Shown in pieces: positions 1 to 13,850 of a stretch of 64,000 nt of DNA. The stretch comes from Camelus dromedarius (lineage: Eukaryota). The notes under the pieces are model-generated. The model searched no databases. It was not told where the DNA came from and was given only the letters and a program-made list of their open reading frames with translations. The first letter of the stretch is position 1; each line of letters opens with the position of its first letter. The translations under genes and the position numbers were made by a program. The stretch spans positions 33,730,001 to 33,794,000 of the forward strand of contig NC_087436.1 of the NCBI RefSeq assembly GCF_036321535.1. Direction: 5' to 3'.

Positions 1-419
1 ATTCTACTAAATTAAAAACAAAAGTAGAAGTATTCCAGGCAGGAGGGCTAGAAGGACCTAAGGCAGGTAAAGTTAGCGGGAAAAATCAATTACCTGAAAT
101 AGCACGACCAAACACAGACTAAGGGGAAGGGAGAGTTTGGAGACCAGGAAAGAAGAATTAACCTTCCTGCAAGTGAAGAGTGATTGCGAATTATAACATC
201 TGTATTTCACGTGTTACCTCATATAACTATCCCCAAACTCCTCTGACAGAGTATTTCTGATTTCTTAGTTAATTCAACTAAGCTAATACCAGTTAATTTG
301 TCCAAACCACCTAAATATTCAGTGAAGACAGAACTTACTCTATGTCCTCCTACTAACAGTCATACAAAAACAGGCGAGTAGAAAAGGGGTGTATTTTCTA
401 CTGAGAAATACACAAACAC

Positions 420-980
420 GTGTGTGTTGAAGTGAATATTCATGTGTGTGTGTACTGTACATCTTTCTAGGGGAAGAAAAGCAATAAACCTGTTTCTTCC
501 TTGAAAAAAGTCCCCTGATCGGCTCTTACTGATTTACTCTCCTGTACTGGAAGAGACTAAGGTGCCTTACTGGGCCTAAACGGGAGGTACTTGGATAATG
601 TTAAAACAGTTTGTGTAAAAAAAGGATCAGAAATTTTGTCTCTTCAGTCAGCAACGCTGGGGAGAAGGGCAAGGAATCCAGGGCACAGAAAACAGTTGAG
701 TGGGCCTGTAATGAGTGCTTGAAAGAGCCTGGGTGTGGTCCGGCACAGAACACACTGTTAGGAAGCGGAGGTCACAGGAAAGGCAATCACACCAGCAGTT
801 TCCGAGGCCTGAATCAAGTGTAACCCTCCGCATGAGAACACGGGTGGGATTTGCAGAGGAGGTGGGAACTCTGGGCACACCACAGAAAGTGGTGGAGGCG
901 CCAGCTATTTAATTCTGATGTTAAAGTAATGGTTATGGACAGAAGATGGGAGAATTCAGGGCCATCCGCGTGGCATACTC
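420..980. promoter_or_regulatory. Candidate promoter/enhancer (non-repeat, CpG-retaining, KLF/ETS/GRHL-like motifs)
   Basis: About 12 CpG in 560 bp against a CpG-poor background. Motifs: AAACCTGTTT 486-495 (GRHL-like), GGGTGTGG 731-738 (KLF), AGGAAG 760-765 (ETS core), GAGGTCA 768-774. Confidence 0.35.
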
Positions 981-1989
981 TTGACTTCCAAATTTACTGA
1001 AAGTGTATTAATTTTATCTGCTGTAAGATCTACAGAAACATTTCCTTCAGCAATTTTCAAATAACCCAAAGGTTTTCATTCACCTTTCAGTAACAGTGTT
1101 TTATAAACATCTCTGAAAACATACAAAGGGAGTGGATTTAAAGTATTGTACTAAACTCATATATAACCATGAAAAATATCTTTCTTTTCTGTTACCTTGC
1201 ATAATACATTGAGAATGTAACTATATAGGACACAGATTCTTATTGATTTGTTCACTGCTGTATTTGCACCAAGGAGTTGTTACATAAACATTCAACAAAT
1301 GTTATGTGTTAGGTTGCTTCTCTTTGTGAACTCTGTATTCTTGAGTATCGCTTCAAAGAAACACAATTTATTAGCAAGGTCAATTTTTATTTCTCACTGA
1401 AGCTCTAATTTCTGATGCAGGGACTAAAAATTGAAGCCATTTCTTATTAGCTCATATCAATTGAAAAGATCCAAATCAAAATGGAGCTGATATATTTGTT
1501 AACAAATCAGAAGGCAGACTGGAGTTAATCACAACCCCTCTACAGCTGTACTGTTTTACACTTTACCACATGTTCAAAACTACTTTTGTTGAAAAGAGTC
1601 AAAAGAGAAAGTATTTTAAAAATCAGAAATGGGGATTTTACAACTCAACATACAATGAAACACATGTGCTGGCTAAAAGGTTCCATTTTATCTCATCATT
1701 TTAACTCCTGTGATCACACTGAACATGAAATGAATCAGGTACTTCAGTATCTTGCTCGATGGTTACCTAATAATGTCTCTAATTTTCTTAAAATTACTTT
1801 GAGAGGAAAATGTTTGCAAATACAAATTACTGAGACTGAAAGACATTTTCTTTCTTCTTCATTCGAACATGGTAAGGCACAATTCAGTTGAAGGTTGGTA
1901 AGGCAATACCAGATGGTGAGAAGCCAGAGAAATTCTATGGTAAGATTTGACTTCTCCACAATTATTTCCTAAGTACTAATGATACTTCA

Positions 1990-2180
1990 CACATGTGCAG
2001 TACTTTCCAGTTTTCAATGTCCTTATTCACTTGATCCTCACAATTCAGTAAGTATGGCAGAGCAGGTACTATCAGCCCAATATAACACAAGTGGAAATGG
2101 AGACTCAAGGTTAAACTAATAGGACTAACAGCACTTTAAAGGGTGACAAAGCCAGGGTTAGAATCTATCTCTTTGACTTA
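1990..2180 (-). mobile_element. MIR SINE remnant
   Basis: Resembles the antisense MIR core (ttgatcctcacaa...ggaaatggagactcaaggtt). Confidence 0.55.
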
Positions 2181-2339
2181 AGAATAAGAATACTGACAGT
2201 CGAATATCATGTACTTGAAATTTTATACTTTATATAAAATATTAATTTAAAGTAAATGATCTTATCACAATTTCAAGCAGGATGTACTGAGGCGATCATG
2301 AATATCTGGGTAATGATGACAACAGTAATAATAAGAGTA

Positions 2340-2600
2340 ATAGTAATAGCAGTAGTAAGACTGCCATTGTTCAGAGCAGGTCTAATACTGACTAAGCACT
2401 TTAGAGGATTAGCCATGTAATTTTCTCAACATCTTTATAAACTAGATGCTATTTTTAACCCCAATTTTATAGATAGAGGTATTGAGGCTGGGACCATAAC
2501 TGAATTTACAGAAGGTCATAAAGCTTCTTTTGGAGGTAGACTCAGGACTTGAATTCAGATCAAAGGCCAGGTTTTAGCCACCATAAAATTCTGTCTCCTG
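2340..2600 (-). mobile_element. MIR SINE remnant
   Basis: ccccaattttatagatagaggtattgaggct matches the antisense MIR core. Confidence 0.65.
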
Positions 2601-4787
2601 AGTCTGACTTAACTACATAACTTCCCTGGGTCCCAATTTCAAGTCTTTAACATAGATGTGATTATAAGTCCTGCTTAGTAGGAACAGCATGGTTTTGAAT
2701 AAGAAAATGGATATAAAAATCATTTGTAAACAGCAAATATTAAACAAATGTCAGCTCTTATGAGTTAAAATTCAGCTTTAGGAATGTCTGTCTTAGTGCT
2801 TTTTCTTCTTCTTCTTCTTTTTTTTTTTTTTTTTTTTGGTCTCTGGTTGCTTTGCCATACTGAGTGTTAGTGATGCAGTTAAGTTTCCTGAGTTCCAGTC
2901 AGCTTCCGTCTGCCCCATGATACACATGACAGTTCCCCATCAGGCATCTTTGATCACAGAGGGATAAGTGAAGCTGTGAATTTAAGAATGTAAATACATC
3001 ATCACCGATGGAAAGAAAGTCGTGTGTGCTGTCTGGACAGTGGGTCAGTAATATTATATTTATGTATGAAGGATAGCCTATTATACATTTTATATTTTCA
3101 TCTAAGTTATTCTTTGGTAACTCCGAAACTTTAGTATTTGGGCAGAGTTTGTAAAATGTGAAAATCTTCACCGCTGTTCTTTTCCCACAAATTTGTTAAA
3201 AAGAACCTACACGTTCAAGTTAAATATGGTGAGCTGTCATCAGCTCCTAATTGCAGAAGTAGAGTCCTCAGCAAAATTGGACAGTGAAACAAATCACTTA
3301 TGGCACTTTACTCTTTTTTTTTTTCCCCTTTAGGCTCTGAATCTATGTTGACAGAGTGACTTAACATTAGTCTTTTACTCTTAGAAAAATGTGGCCCTAT
3401 TTGCATTCGTTGCCATTTTCTTTTTTCTTGTCCAAATGCAGTTTACCTTGCAAGAAGACCACTAAAAATGAAAACTGATATCATAAAATGACTCTTTTCA
3501 TAAAAATGTTGAGTAACAACTGGCATTGAAGACTAAAACAAATGACATGTTGCAAAACCTAGTCAACAAAGAACTAAACATCTTATCTCTTTGTCATCAC
3601 CTATTAACCTGTTTCATTTTCTCCCTTTTCCCCACATTTAATATTTGTTACCTTGTGGCTACACACATGTTGGTGATCAGCTAATTTATGCCTTATGTTG
3701 TATATAGAATTTAACGGCTGCCAATAATTACACTGGTAGACAAACTAGAGATTTTTCACTTCTCTCCTAAAAACTAACCATGTGTTCTGCTTTAAAGCAA
3801 TGTGGTTTTATTTTATGAATTTTCTGCAAGAAAAATAAAAAAGAAAATCAGAGCTGTGAAATTTGCCATTATTCATGAAAAATTATCTGATGCAAAGTTG
3901 AGCCTCAAAGAAGGGAATAGGACATTTTAAAACATTTGGCTTTAGCACTTCATATGTGCTCAAAAAAAAAAGGATGTTAAGAGTCTAAAGATCCCATCTT
4001 TCTGTCACATTTTAATAAGTGACAGTTCAATGCTAACTAATAGGAATTCTGTTACTTAAAATGCCTTGGGTTTCTTATTCAAGCTCTTTACTTACAGATG
4101 AAATTAATAATTTCAGGTTCATTTAAAATTTGACCACCTACAAAGAACTCATAGAAGCTTAGCCCTTTAGTTAAGCTTTTCAGTGTTTCAGACATACAGT
4201 CAGAAATAAATATTATTTTGATATTAAATTAAATTATATTTTCAAAAAACAAAAGATACACACTTACTCTTAAAAGCTAGTTACATATGCCTGCCTTCAT
4301 TCACACTCAGCATGGATTATCTTTAGAAGCTATTAATTTAATCATTTAATGAAGTATAGTGTTCTTCCTGGATTACACGGAGGTAATTTTCTGCTTATAT
4401 TAAGAAAAAGATCATGGAAGGAGATCATGTACTTAAAGGATTTTTTATTGAAATCATTTTTATCTGAACTGTTTCTCATCACATACCAATAGTTTAGGCT
4501 ACTCTTCCTTATCTTCTAAAATTTCAAAATTTTATATCCTCCAACTTCCTTTTATTTCTAATTCGATTATTATCCTCTTATTTATTCCCACCCCTTCTTT
4601 CCTTTTCATTCCTGGCCTTGTTCCACATATATAAAAAAGAAACTGGTATTTGCAATGTAGACAAAGCTTTAGGATTATACAAATATGCATAGAATCCAGT
4701 AACTTTCATGATACTTTTATTGTATTATGCTATGTACACTGAACATTTATAAAGATTTTCCATTAGTAATAGCATTTGAATACTTTA

Positions 4788-5230
4788 TCTGTTTAGTGGA
4801 AGTTAAGCTGCTGTAACAAAGAGATTCCAAAATACTGTGTTCAAATACGGAGGAAACATTTCTCTCTCATGTAACAGTCTAAACTGAGCAGTCACCACCT
4901 GGCAGAGTGGCTCTGCCATCTTCACTAGCAGACTTACAATGTTTCTGGAGTTGCCCTTCCCCAAGCACATGGCAAGAGCATCTCTGTCTTTCTAAGTAAT
5001 GACATGAAGAGTTACTCACAACAGTTTTTCCTGATACATTTTTTATCCTAAATGTACACACAAGGCTATACCTGCCTGCAAGTCAAGTTAGGAAATGTAG
5101 TCATTTCTTACTATTAATTTTATTTCTTACTGTTAATCCTATTAGATCAACGTACACACAGCAAAAATTCAGGGAGACCTATTACAAAGCGGAAGATGGA
5201 CAGAAAGGGTAGCAAGCAACAGTTACACTC
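4788..5230 (-). mobile_element. Old MaLR LTR (MLT1J/K-like)
   Basis: Start ttaagctgctgtaacaaagag...catttctctctcatgtaacagtct is typical of antisense MLT1. Confidence 0.5.
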
Positions 5231-7671
5231 CCCACCCACTGAAGAATGACTATTTTTCTTAAGAGTTGAATGAAATGACCACTTATTTGCTTATAACACT
5301 GCATTACTCAGTATGGTACCATTTAATATATATGAAGAATATTAGTAAATAAAATATATTTTGCTCTAAAACTGTTCCCATGGTGAGAAAGACGAATTAA
5401 GGCTCTTTTTTTTCCCCCTTTCTTTTTATCTTTTTTTGTATTTTGTTTTAAATTCTTAAAATATAAGCAGCTGTTATTCTCAAGAGCCTAGAAAGATATT
5501 GTGAGAGTGAATGGTATTGCAACGTAAATTTTAATATATTTCCCAATAAACCAGCACTGAGTCACAAGCAGTCTGAAAAGAATTAAGACTCACTTGACCT
5601 TAATTTTTTTTAACACAGATCTACTAGAGAAGTTGCAAGCCATATCATCAAATTTCACTTGGAGAAATGTAATATTTAAATATGGTTTTATTAATATCGT
5701 AACAATTATTAAAACATGTTAGATTAAAATTAATTTATACACAAATTTGTCAAATACTAACTAGTGGCAAATTCTTCAACAAAAGAGGGTGGAATATATA
5801 CTTAGGAAACCACTAAAAACTAAGCTTTTCAAAGAGTATTATTACCTTCTTAATTATTATTCATAATTATATTCCAACTTTATGACATACTTTCTAATCA
5901 TATTTCAAATGTGTTTTGAACGTTTTATGATACTGATTTCTTGCTAAGTTACTATTTTCTATTTTTTACTTAGATTTTTTCAATCTAGAATAGATTCACA
6001 AAATACATATATAGCTACATAAAATTATTAATAAAATGTATATACATTCACTAAAAGTTTGACAGTTGTAAAATGTATAATTTTCTTTAATTGTGATGAA
6101 TGAAGCAGAATGCTTCACATAAAATTTTTAACAGTAAAAATATTTGAGATTCTGAAGTATCAGATATATTTCACATTTACATATAATTACAGAAAAAAAC
6201 AAATTTTTAAAAATAGATCCTTTTAAAATGAAAGTTGTCTTTCATGTATATATCACACAAAATCATCAACCCTGCTATAACTATAATAACAATTGTACCT
6301 AAAAGTTATTTTTGAGGAAAACTTGGAAATATGTAATGTTATGAAAATGTATGGTGTATCATGTTGAATTCAGCCGAATAATGGGATAGAGAAAGAAAAA
6401 GGCGTTTTTTTTTTTAATTATTTTATTCTTGGAAACAAAAATAAAAAGAAAATGTAGATGATCTTGCTACTGAAGTTTTAAAAATTTGTATTTTATTTGA
6501 TTTTATTGTTAAGACAAACATGGCATCTCTTATCTACACCAGAAGAGAGATGCCCTGTAGTTTCTCAAAATTGACAATGAGTATTTTCAGATCCTCTCAT
6601 GTACTACCCTGTTTAGCTTATTTCAAAAAATTGTAGTGAAGCAAGCAGTGCCATTTTCACTCAGAAGAAATAACAGGTTTAACCTATATTCTTGAAACTC
6701 CACTGAAAGAAGAATTATCATTTCTAAGTTACCATGTATCATGACAGCTAATTCATCAATTCAGAAATGATGCAATTTTAGTTTGAAACTAGGGAAAATA
6801 ATTCATTCACCCTACAATATATTTCATTCATATGCCACTTAAGATCATAGCTACTGATTTCGTTCATGGGTGACCTGAGCTAAATTTATGTATAGAAATT
6901 CGATGACTTTGTTAGAGCATAACATTTTCAATGACTGTGTGTCAGAAATCACATTTATGAATACAAAACTCTAAGCCTCAAGTGATACTGGTCATTCTTT
7001 CTAATCCCCTCACATATTTAACATTTCTATTGTCTGAATGAGAGGTACATTGTAGGATGAAGGAAGGAAATAATAACCTTTATAGTGTTTATTTTTAAAC
7101 CAGTAAATATACTTACTAATGGGAGCTGATATAAATAAGGGGGAAAGGGGAATACTAAGTGTAAATATTCCTACAAGAAAGATGAAAAACAAAAGTAATA
7201 GCTAAGTTTTAAAATTTCATTTCATCTATTCATTCTGTGATCACATGCTGGGTTCCCACCAGGAAGAAAACTAAGCACAGCACTGAGTACTAAGTTAAAC
7301 AAGATACCTCATCAAGAAAGTCTCTCAACCATGGAGAGCATTATTTCTATAGGAGTGGGTAGCAATGATTTCATCTAAGTTGAGGGAGAGATCTGTAGTG
7401 GCAAAACATGATTTTTTTTCTGTTTTTTGAAGAAAATTTAATACCCTTAGAAGCTAAGAACTCTGCTACTCAATGAACCAAATTTAGAATTAAGATTCTT
7501 CCCTAGTTTGCCTACTTCCTTTTGAAATTTTATAAACAAGATTTTATACACAAGAGGTACCAGAGGAAAATTCCAGTCTGCTTGTTTCAAGCTCAAAAGG
7601 TAACTGCACACATCTGATTTTAGCAGAAAACATTTCTTGAACGTGGGTAGTAGTAGAAGAATCAAGAAAAA

Positions 7672-7674
<3 letters not shown>

Positions 7675-7702
<28 letters not shown>
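7675..7702 (+). repeat. Poly(A) tract
   Basis: Run of about 28 A seen directly. Confidence 0.9.
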
Positions 7703-7705
<3 letters not shown>

Positions 7706-8469
7706 CCACTAAAAACTGGGGATATATAGTATTTGGCAACCAACTGGTTATAGAACGGGGGAAAGACAATGTGATTCTAAATTTTCGTTTTGGCAACTGA
7801 AGAGATGTTGTTAAATGTCATAATTGGATAATATGCCACAAAAAATAATAATCAAAAAATGGGAGAAGAGATCAGACGTCTCTTGTTGTGGCCTTTGCCA
7901 GTCTGTCTCATATCGCCAGTCTGATTAACTCTAGTCCTAGTGGAAGTCTTCTTCAGGTCCATCTAGCTTTGATATTGTTGCTGGATTAAGCTTCTTTACA
8001 GTTTTCATCACGATAGTTAGTTTCACTAATATGCACATTTACCCATAAAGTCTAAACTATGCTGATTTTCAAGACTCTCACTTATCTGGTCTCAAGCTAT
8101 CTTTCTCCTTTTATTTCCAACATATCTTCAACTTACTACTTCTTATTAAATTAAAAACAAAATCCCCCAAAGCAAAGTCCCTAGTTAAGAGGTGAGCAAT
8201 GAAGCAAATACAGAGCTGTTGGTTTCCAATCATCCATCTGGCTACAAGAGGTGTGGGTGCCAGAAACAGACAGTATTTTGAAGTACTGAGTGCTACTCAA
8301 AAGAAGAGATGCTTATCATTTAACACAGGCCACTTGTAGTCTGGGAAGATAAAGTACCCATGTCCTTGGTGTACATACATGTGACAGTCTACTCACCTCC
8401 CAGCCCTATTTGCTCCTTTGAGTCTGATGCTCCGGTCATAACAAACAGCTCGCTGGTACTAGAATACAC

Positions 8470-9470
8470 CTGTACTTGAACTTAACATGTCCAAAACAAA
8501 CTCAGTTTCTCAATAGTAATCTAATCATCACACTGAACAGAAACACTGTGTTTCAGTTGCTCAGTCTCTAAAACTAGGGAGTCACCTTAGAGGTCTGCCT
8601 TTCATTTTCCATGTCTATCAGCCAATCCTGTTAACAATACCTTCAAAATGCATTCTGAATCGGACCACTTCTTGCTTTATAAATGCTACTGTCCTGGTGC
8701 CAGCACTGCTATCTGTCATGTGGTTGACTGGGAAAACTTCATGTTTTGTTTCCCCACTTCTACCTCCGCCTTGTAATCTAATCACATATTAGCCAGAGTT
8801 CTCTAAAATTTAAATCAGATAAAAGCACATCTTTGTTCAAAATCCTCCAGTCGGTTATAAAATCCAAAATTCTTCCCATGCACTAAAAGGCCATTCCTGT
8901 TCTTTCCACTCCTCTTTTCTCTTGTCATCTCTCTTTCAAGTCCTAATTCTCTCTCCCTCACTCACTCCATGTCAGCCACACTGGCCTCCTTACTATTTCT
9001 CAAACATGTTACCCACACTCCTGCCTCAAAGTCTTTGCCCTTTCTCTTTCTTCTATTTGTAAGGTTATTCTACCCTGCTTCTCACTCACTTCCTGCAAGT
9101 CTTTACCCAAATGTCATTTTCTCAAAGGACTAGCTGTATACAATGGTACCACTTCCCCAGTCCCTCTGGATCCTCTTACAGTGCTTTGCTTTTTAAAATT
9201 TTTTTTAAATTGACATATAGTCAGCTTACACTGTTGTGTCAATTTCTGGTGTACAGCATAATGCTTCATCATACGTGAACATTTATTTCTTTTCATATTC
9301 TTCACTTTGCTTGTCTATATAGGATTATTCACTGCCTGAGTTATTACATATATTAACTTATTTTTCGATCATCTACATTTTATGAAACCAGAAATTTTAT
9401 GTTTTGTTCAGTACAGTGTCTACAGGATCTGGCACTCAAAAATTCTTTGCTGAATAACTGAATAAAGAAT
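8470..9470 (+). mobile_element. L2 LINE 3' portion
   Basis: ttgaacttaacatgtccaaaacaaactc, cagccacactggcctcctt, and a terminal tgctgaataactgaataa tail typical of L2a. Confidence 0.75.
9192..9304 (-). mobile_element. Short L1 3' end inserted in L2
   Basis: T-rich tail followed by aattgacatatagtcagcttacactgttgtg (antisense L1 3' end). Candidate TSD ctttgctt at 9184-9191 and 9305-9312. Confidence 0.7.
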
Positions 9471-9494
9471 GCATCTAAATTCATGAATATACTT

Positions 9495-9590
9495 TTAAAA
9501 AAAACTGAATTATACACGTTAAAGGGTGAGTTTTGTGGTATGTGAATCATCTCAATAAATCTGCTATTTTTCTAAAAAAAAAACCAAAAA
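9495..9590 (+). mobile_element. Old L1 (L1MB/MC-like) 3' terminus
   Basis: ctgaattatacacgttaaagggtgagttttgtggtatgtgaatcatctcaataaa followed by an A-rich tail. Confidence 0.6.
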
Positions 9591-10389
9591 TACATTTACA
9601 GTGAAGCACACAACTGAAACATTTCAGCTCTTAGGTAAGGAATTTGCAAGGTTACCTGTACTGATAGAACTCTTGACAGAACAAACTGAGCACAGTGCCG
9701 ATGGCTCTGGAGAGAAGTTACTTGAGTGTATCTAAAATTCATACACTTGATGTCACCCCCCTCCCCAGCACAGCTGAAAACAAGAATGGAAATAAAAAGG
9801 ATATTCAGAAGATCACTGTTTTAAAAAAAAAAAAAAAGATTAAAAAAAAAAAGAAAAAAAAGAATGCACCATGCCTAGCAGGCTGTTTCAGATCTTTGCG
9901 CCTCTATGCCAACTTTTCCCCTCTGCCTGGAAAGCTCATGTTCTTCCAGGTTCCAGCTATCTGGTGAATAAATCCTCCTAAACATTCCCAGAGAGTTTTG
10001 AATACTGTCTTCATTCTGAGAATTTTTCTGGAACTCTCCACAGGTCAAACCACAGACCCTTTCCTCCGCCCACCTATGCTAACCTCTGTGAACTTCTGTA
10101 GCTCCTGTTAACACTCAGGTGTCTTTAAAAATTTAAACGTGTGAAAACACCTTGTGGCTAGAAGACACATTTTACCTACATTTGCATACCCAAAGTGCAA
10201 TGTCTGGCACATAGAAAGCACTTAATGATTATTTGTTAAATCAGTATATAAATGGAAATGACCTCTGTTTTAACATTCTTCTCTAGAAAAGTCAATGGAT
10301 GAAGAACTAAAGCTAAAGCCCACTAGGCATTAACTTTTTGTGTCTAAAATAACTTATATTTATTAATATTAACTGTAAAAAAATGCTGA

Positions 10390-10600
10390 TGACCTATTGT
10401 ACATTGCACTATCTAAAGGACTTTATTATAATATGATAACACATTTATTCAATCCTTTGAGTTGATGAACTATTATGATGTTAATTTTACACTTGAGGAA
10501 CTGAGGTCCTGGGGTGTTAAGCAGCTTGTCTTCACTCATTAATAAGAAGAGACCCAGGTATCTGCCTCCAGAGCCTCTCCCTTCATCAGTAGTTCACTGT
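10390..10600 (-). mobile_element. MIR SINE remnant
   Basis: ttttacacttgaggaactgaggtcc antisense core. Confidence 0.55.
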
Positions 10601-10855
10601 ACAGTCTTTCTCATGGTACAAAAGGCTGTTTCTTTTTATTTTATTCCAAGATATATAAGGAAAAAAGTTTGAGATAAGTGCCGACTACCCAACTAAATCT
10701 CAGAGGAATTTCCAAGAGACTTGCATGATCTGAATCTATTTCTGTAGGTCTAATTTTTTCACCCAAATAACTGGACTTTCTTGGTCTATTGATATGTATG
10801 TATCTTACCAAGGTACACTTTCTATGGTGGGTTGTCTCATTCACTATAAAGACTA

Positions 10856-11745
10856 TTATTTTTAAATTGAAATATAGTTGATTTATAAGTTAAAGGTGTA
10901 CAGCATAGTGATCTGATCTTGTTATAGATTATACTCCTTTTAAAGTTATATCAATTATATTCCCTATGCTGTATAAGATATCTTTGTAGTTTATCTTACA
11001 CATAGTAGTTTGTACCTGTTACTCTTCTTCCCCTATCTTGACCCTCCCCCAACTCCTCTCCCTCCTGGTAACTACTAGTTTGTTCTCTGTATCTAAAAGT
11101 CTGTTTCTGTTTTGCTACATACATTCCTTTACTTTTTTAGATTCTACATACAAGTGAAAACATACAGTATTTGTCTTTCTCTGTCTGATATACTTCACTA
11201 AGCATAATACCCTCCAGGTCCATCCACAGTTACAAATGGCAATTTTCCTTTTTTATGGATGAGTAATATTCCATTGTGTATACATACATTGTATATACAT
11301 ATATACAAATATTCCACCATATATGCATATGGATATACAATGGAATCTTTATTACATATTTTTTATGCATTCATCTATTGAGGGACATCTAGGTTGATTC
11401 TGTATCTTGACTATTGTAAATAATGCTGCAGTGAACATAGGGGTTCATTTTTTTTAATTAGTGTTATTTTTTTAGATATATACTCAGGAGTGGAATTGCT
11501 GGATCATATTGTAGTTCTACTTTAAATTTTCTGAGGAATGTTCATACTTTTTTCTATTTTCCATAGTGGCTACAGTAATTTACATTCCCATTAATAGTGA
11601 ACTAGGCTTCCCTTTTCTCCATATTCTCATCAACATTTATTATTTGTTGCCTTTTTGACAACAGCCATTCTAACAGGTGTGAGATGATTTTTCAGTGTGG
11701 TTCTGACTTGCATGCCCCTGATAATTAGTAATGTTAAGCATTATA
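10856..11745 (-). mobile_element. L1 3' end (L1MA9-like)
   Basis: Antisense L1 3'UTR and ORF2 end: ttgaaatatagttgattt, ggagtggaattgctggatcata, cagccattctaacaggtgtgag. Confidence 0.9.
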
Positions 11746-12339
11746 TCATTTGTATTTATTTTGTTTCATATGTGTGAATATACACACACATATGTATAAA
11801 ACATTTTATAGTTAATTATTTATTTACAGCCCAAAACAAGAATTATACAGGTGTGATTGACAAGGCCTCTCCCAGGGATAGGTATATATAGCTTACTATT
11901 TTATTCCTATAAAATATTTTAAAGGACCATTATATTAACAGGAAAATTCCTCAACACATTCATGAATAAGTATAACCTAATTTGTTGTATTAAACTGTCC
12001 TAAATAGGACAAATCTGGGGGCCATATATGGCTATTAAAAAATTCCCTTGATTTTAACAATAGGAACCCTACTATATTTAACCTTCCCTGGTTGTTAAAG
12101 TCCTAAGCAAGAACTTGACATTCATCTTACTCATTGGCATCACTCTGTTAGAGAACAGTTAAGAAAAGAGAGATGATGACATGTTTTATCTAGAGGAAAC
12201 CCAAAATGAATGTCTATATAAATTATTACATTTAATAAGTGATTCAGCAGAGTAGCTATGTATATTTAAAATATATATATCTCAGTTTGAAAATGATTAA
12301 TTTCTATATTGAGCAATAAATGTTTAGTGAAGTTCAAGA

Positions 12340-12950
12340 CTATTTTTAAGTTTCTCATTATGGAAAATTTAACTACATAAATATGTAGAGACTATTATAA
12401 CAAAAAAAGTGCTTTCTGTCTTATCAACTCATGACCAATCTTGATTTGTCTAAGCTCTTGCCAATTCCTGCCAATTCTGAGTTATTTTTTTTAATTATCA
12501 AGAATCACATTATTTCATCTGTAATACTTCAGTATGTAAATAAACATTCATCTTGAAGTGGAATCATATGTCTATTATCTAAACAAATTAAGGATAATTC
12601 TTAGTATTATGAAATATCCAGTTAGTGCTCAAATTTCCTGATGGTTTCAAAATTTCTTTTACAGAATGTTTGTTAGAATTAAGATACAAATAAAATCCAT
12701 ATATTATAGTTGGATTAAATAAAATTTCTCTTATTTCCAGCCTTTTTCTAAATTTATATTTTATTCCTTGAAGTTTATTTTCTGAAGAGACCATGCTATT
12801 TGTTCTGTGTAATCTCTCGGAGAATAAAGTTTGCTAATTGCTTCCCTTCGGTATCATTTGACTTGTATTCTGTTTCTTGTATTTCCTATAAATTGATAAT
12901 TAGATTTAGAGGCTTGATTAGATTTGGTTTAAAATTTGGTAATACTTTGT
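12340..12950 (-). mobile_element. Old L1 (L1MC/ME) 3' region
   Basis: ttatggaaaatttaactacataaatatgtagagactattataac-type antisense 3' end; highly diverged. Confidence 0.55.
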
Positions 12951-13239
12951 ACTCTGTGTACAATAATACATTGTGTATTTTGGTCCTAAGATACATAACA
13001 TAGTTACAGAAAGTAGAATGAAGCCTCCACCTGTTTCTTTCGCTGTTAGATTATTCTAAGATTACACTGCATCCATTTATTGGTGCCTTATTCAAAATAG
13101 GAGACTTCTGTTTTATTGAAAACTGAAATATGTTTGACAATTTTCTAGCAAATTAACAATCTACTGTAAGTGATCAGGATGACTTTTTAATTCCTTGGGC
13201 TACTTATTTTTTTTTTTTAATTGACTTTTTCTTGTATCA

Positions 13240-13850
13240 ATAGCTGTCAGTAAATCTTTACATGCCAGACATATTCAAAAATCCTTTTCATCCACAATTT
13301 AATGCCTGAAAGATTCTAAAAGAGGCATGTACAAGCATCTAGAATCTAGGGGATAAAGAGACTAAATTATTGATCATTTAGTTTTCCTTACAACTCCTGT
13401 TCAAAGCAAATATAAATCCTGAGATGCAGTTATTTGAATTTTCAAATTATCCAGGACATAGTCGATGTCTATTCCTGAGTGTAGATTTCCTCTTCCAGAT
13501 TATTAATCATGAAAAATTTACTTAACTGGGGTAACGCTCAATGCAAAGTCATTTATGTACCCTTATGGATAATTCTACTCTGATAAATTCAATGTCATGT
13601 GTGTGGTCACCACACTTTATTAAAGAATTCTGTATGCAGTCACTCTGGGTTTTTTCATAAGTGCTATTTACTGCCAGTTCTAAATAGACCTTAGTGATTT
13701 GCATGGTTTATTCAGGGTGTCACTTGGAATTAAACTAATGACTCTTTAGAGACTACAAATATGAAACTGTATTCAGAAAACATTCTGCCTAGTGGCACAA
13801 AGTGCTACATCAGGTGTGGGCAAAAACAAATAAATGCAATTTGAAAGCCT
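13240..13850 (+). mobile_element. Possible CR1/L3 RT remnant
   Basis: Faint similarity to CR1 ORF2 stretches (catgccagac; tgggcaaaaacaaataaatgcaattt, WAKTN..QF-like). Confidence 0.3.

Noticed and set aside
6519..6557. Imperfect hairpin ggcatctct...agagatgcc
   Set aside because: A 9-bp core stem is expected by chance in 64 kb and is too short for a pre-miRNA.
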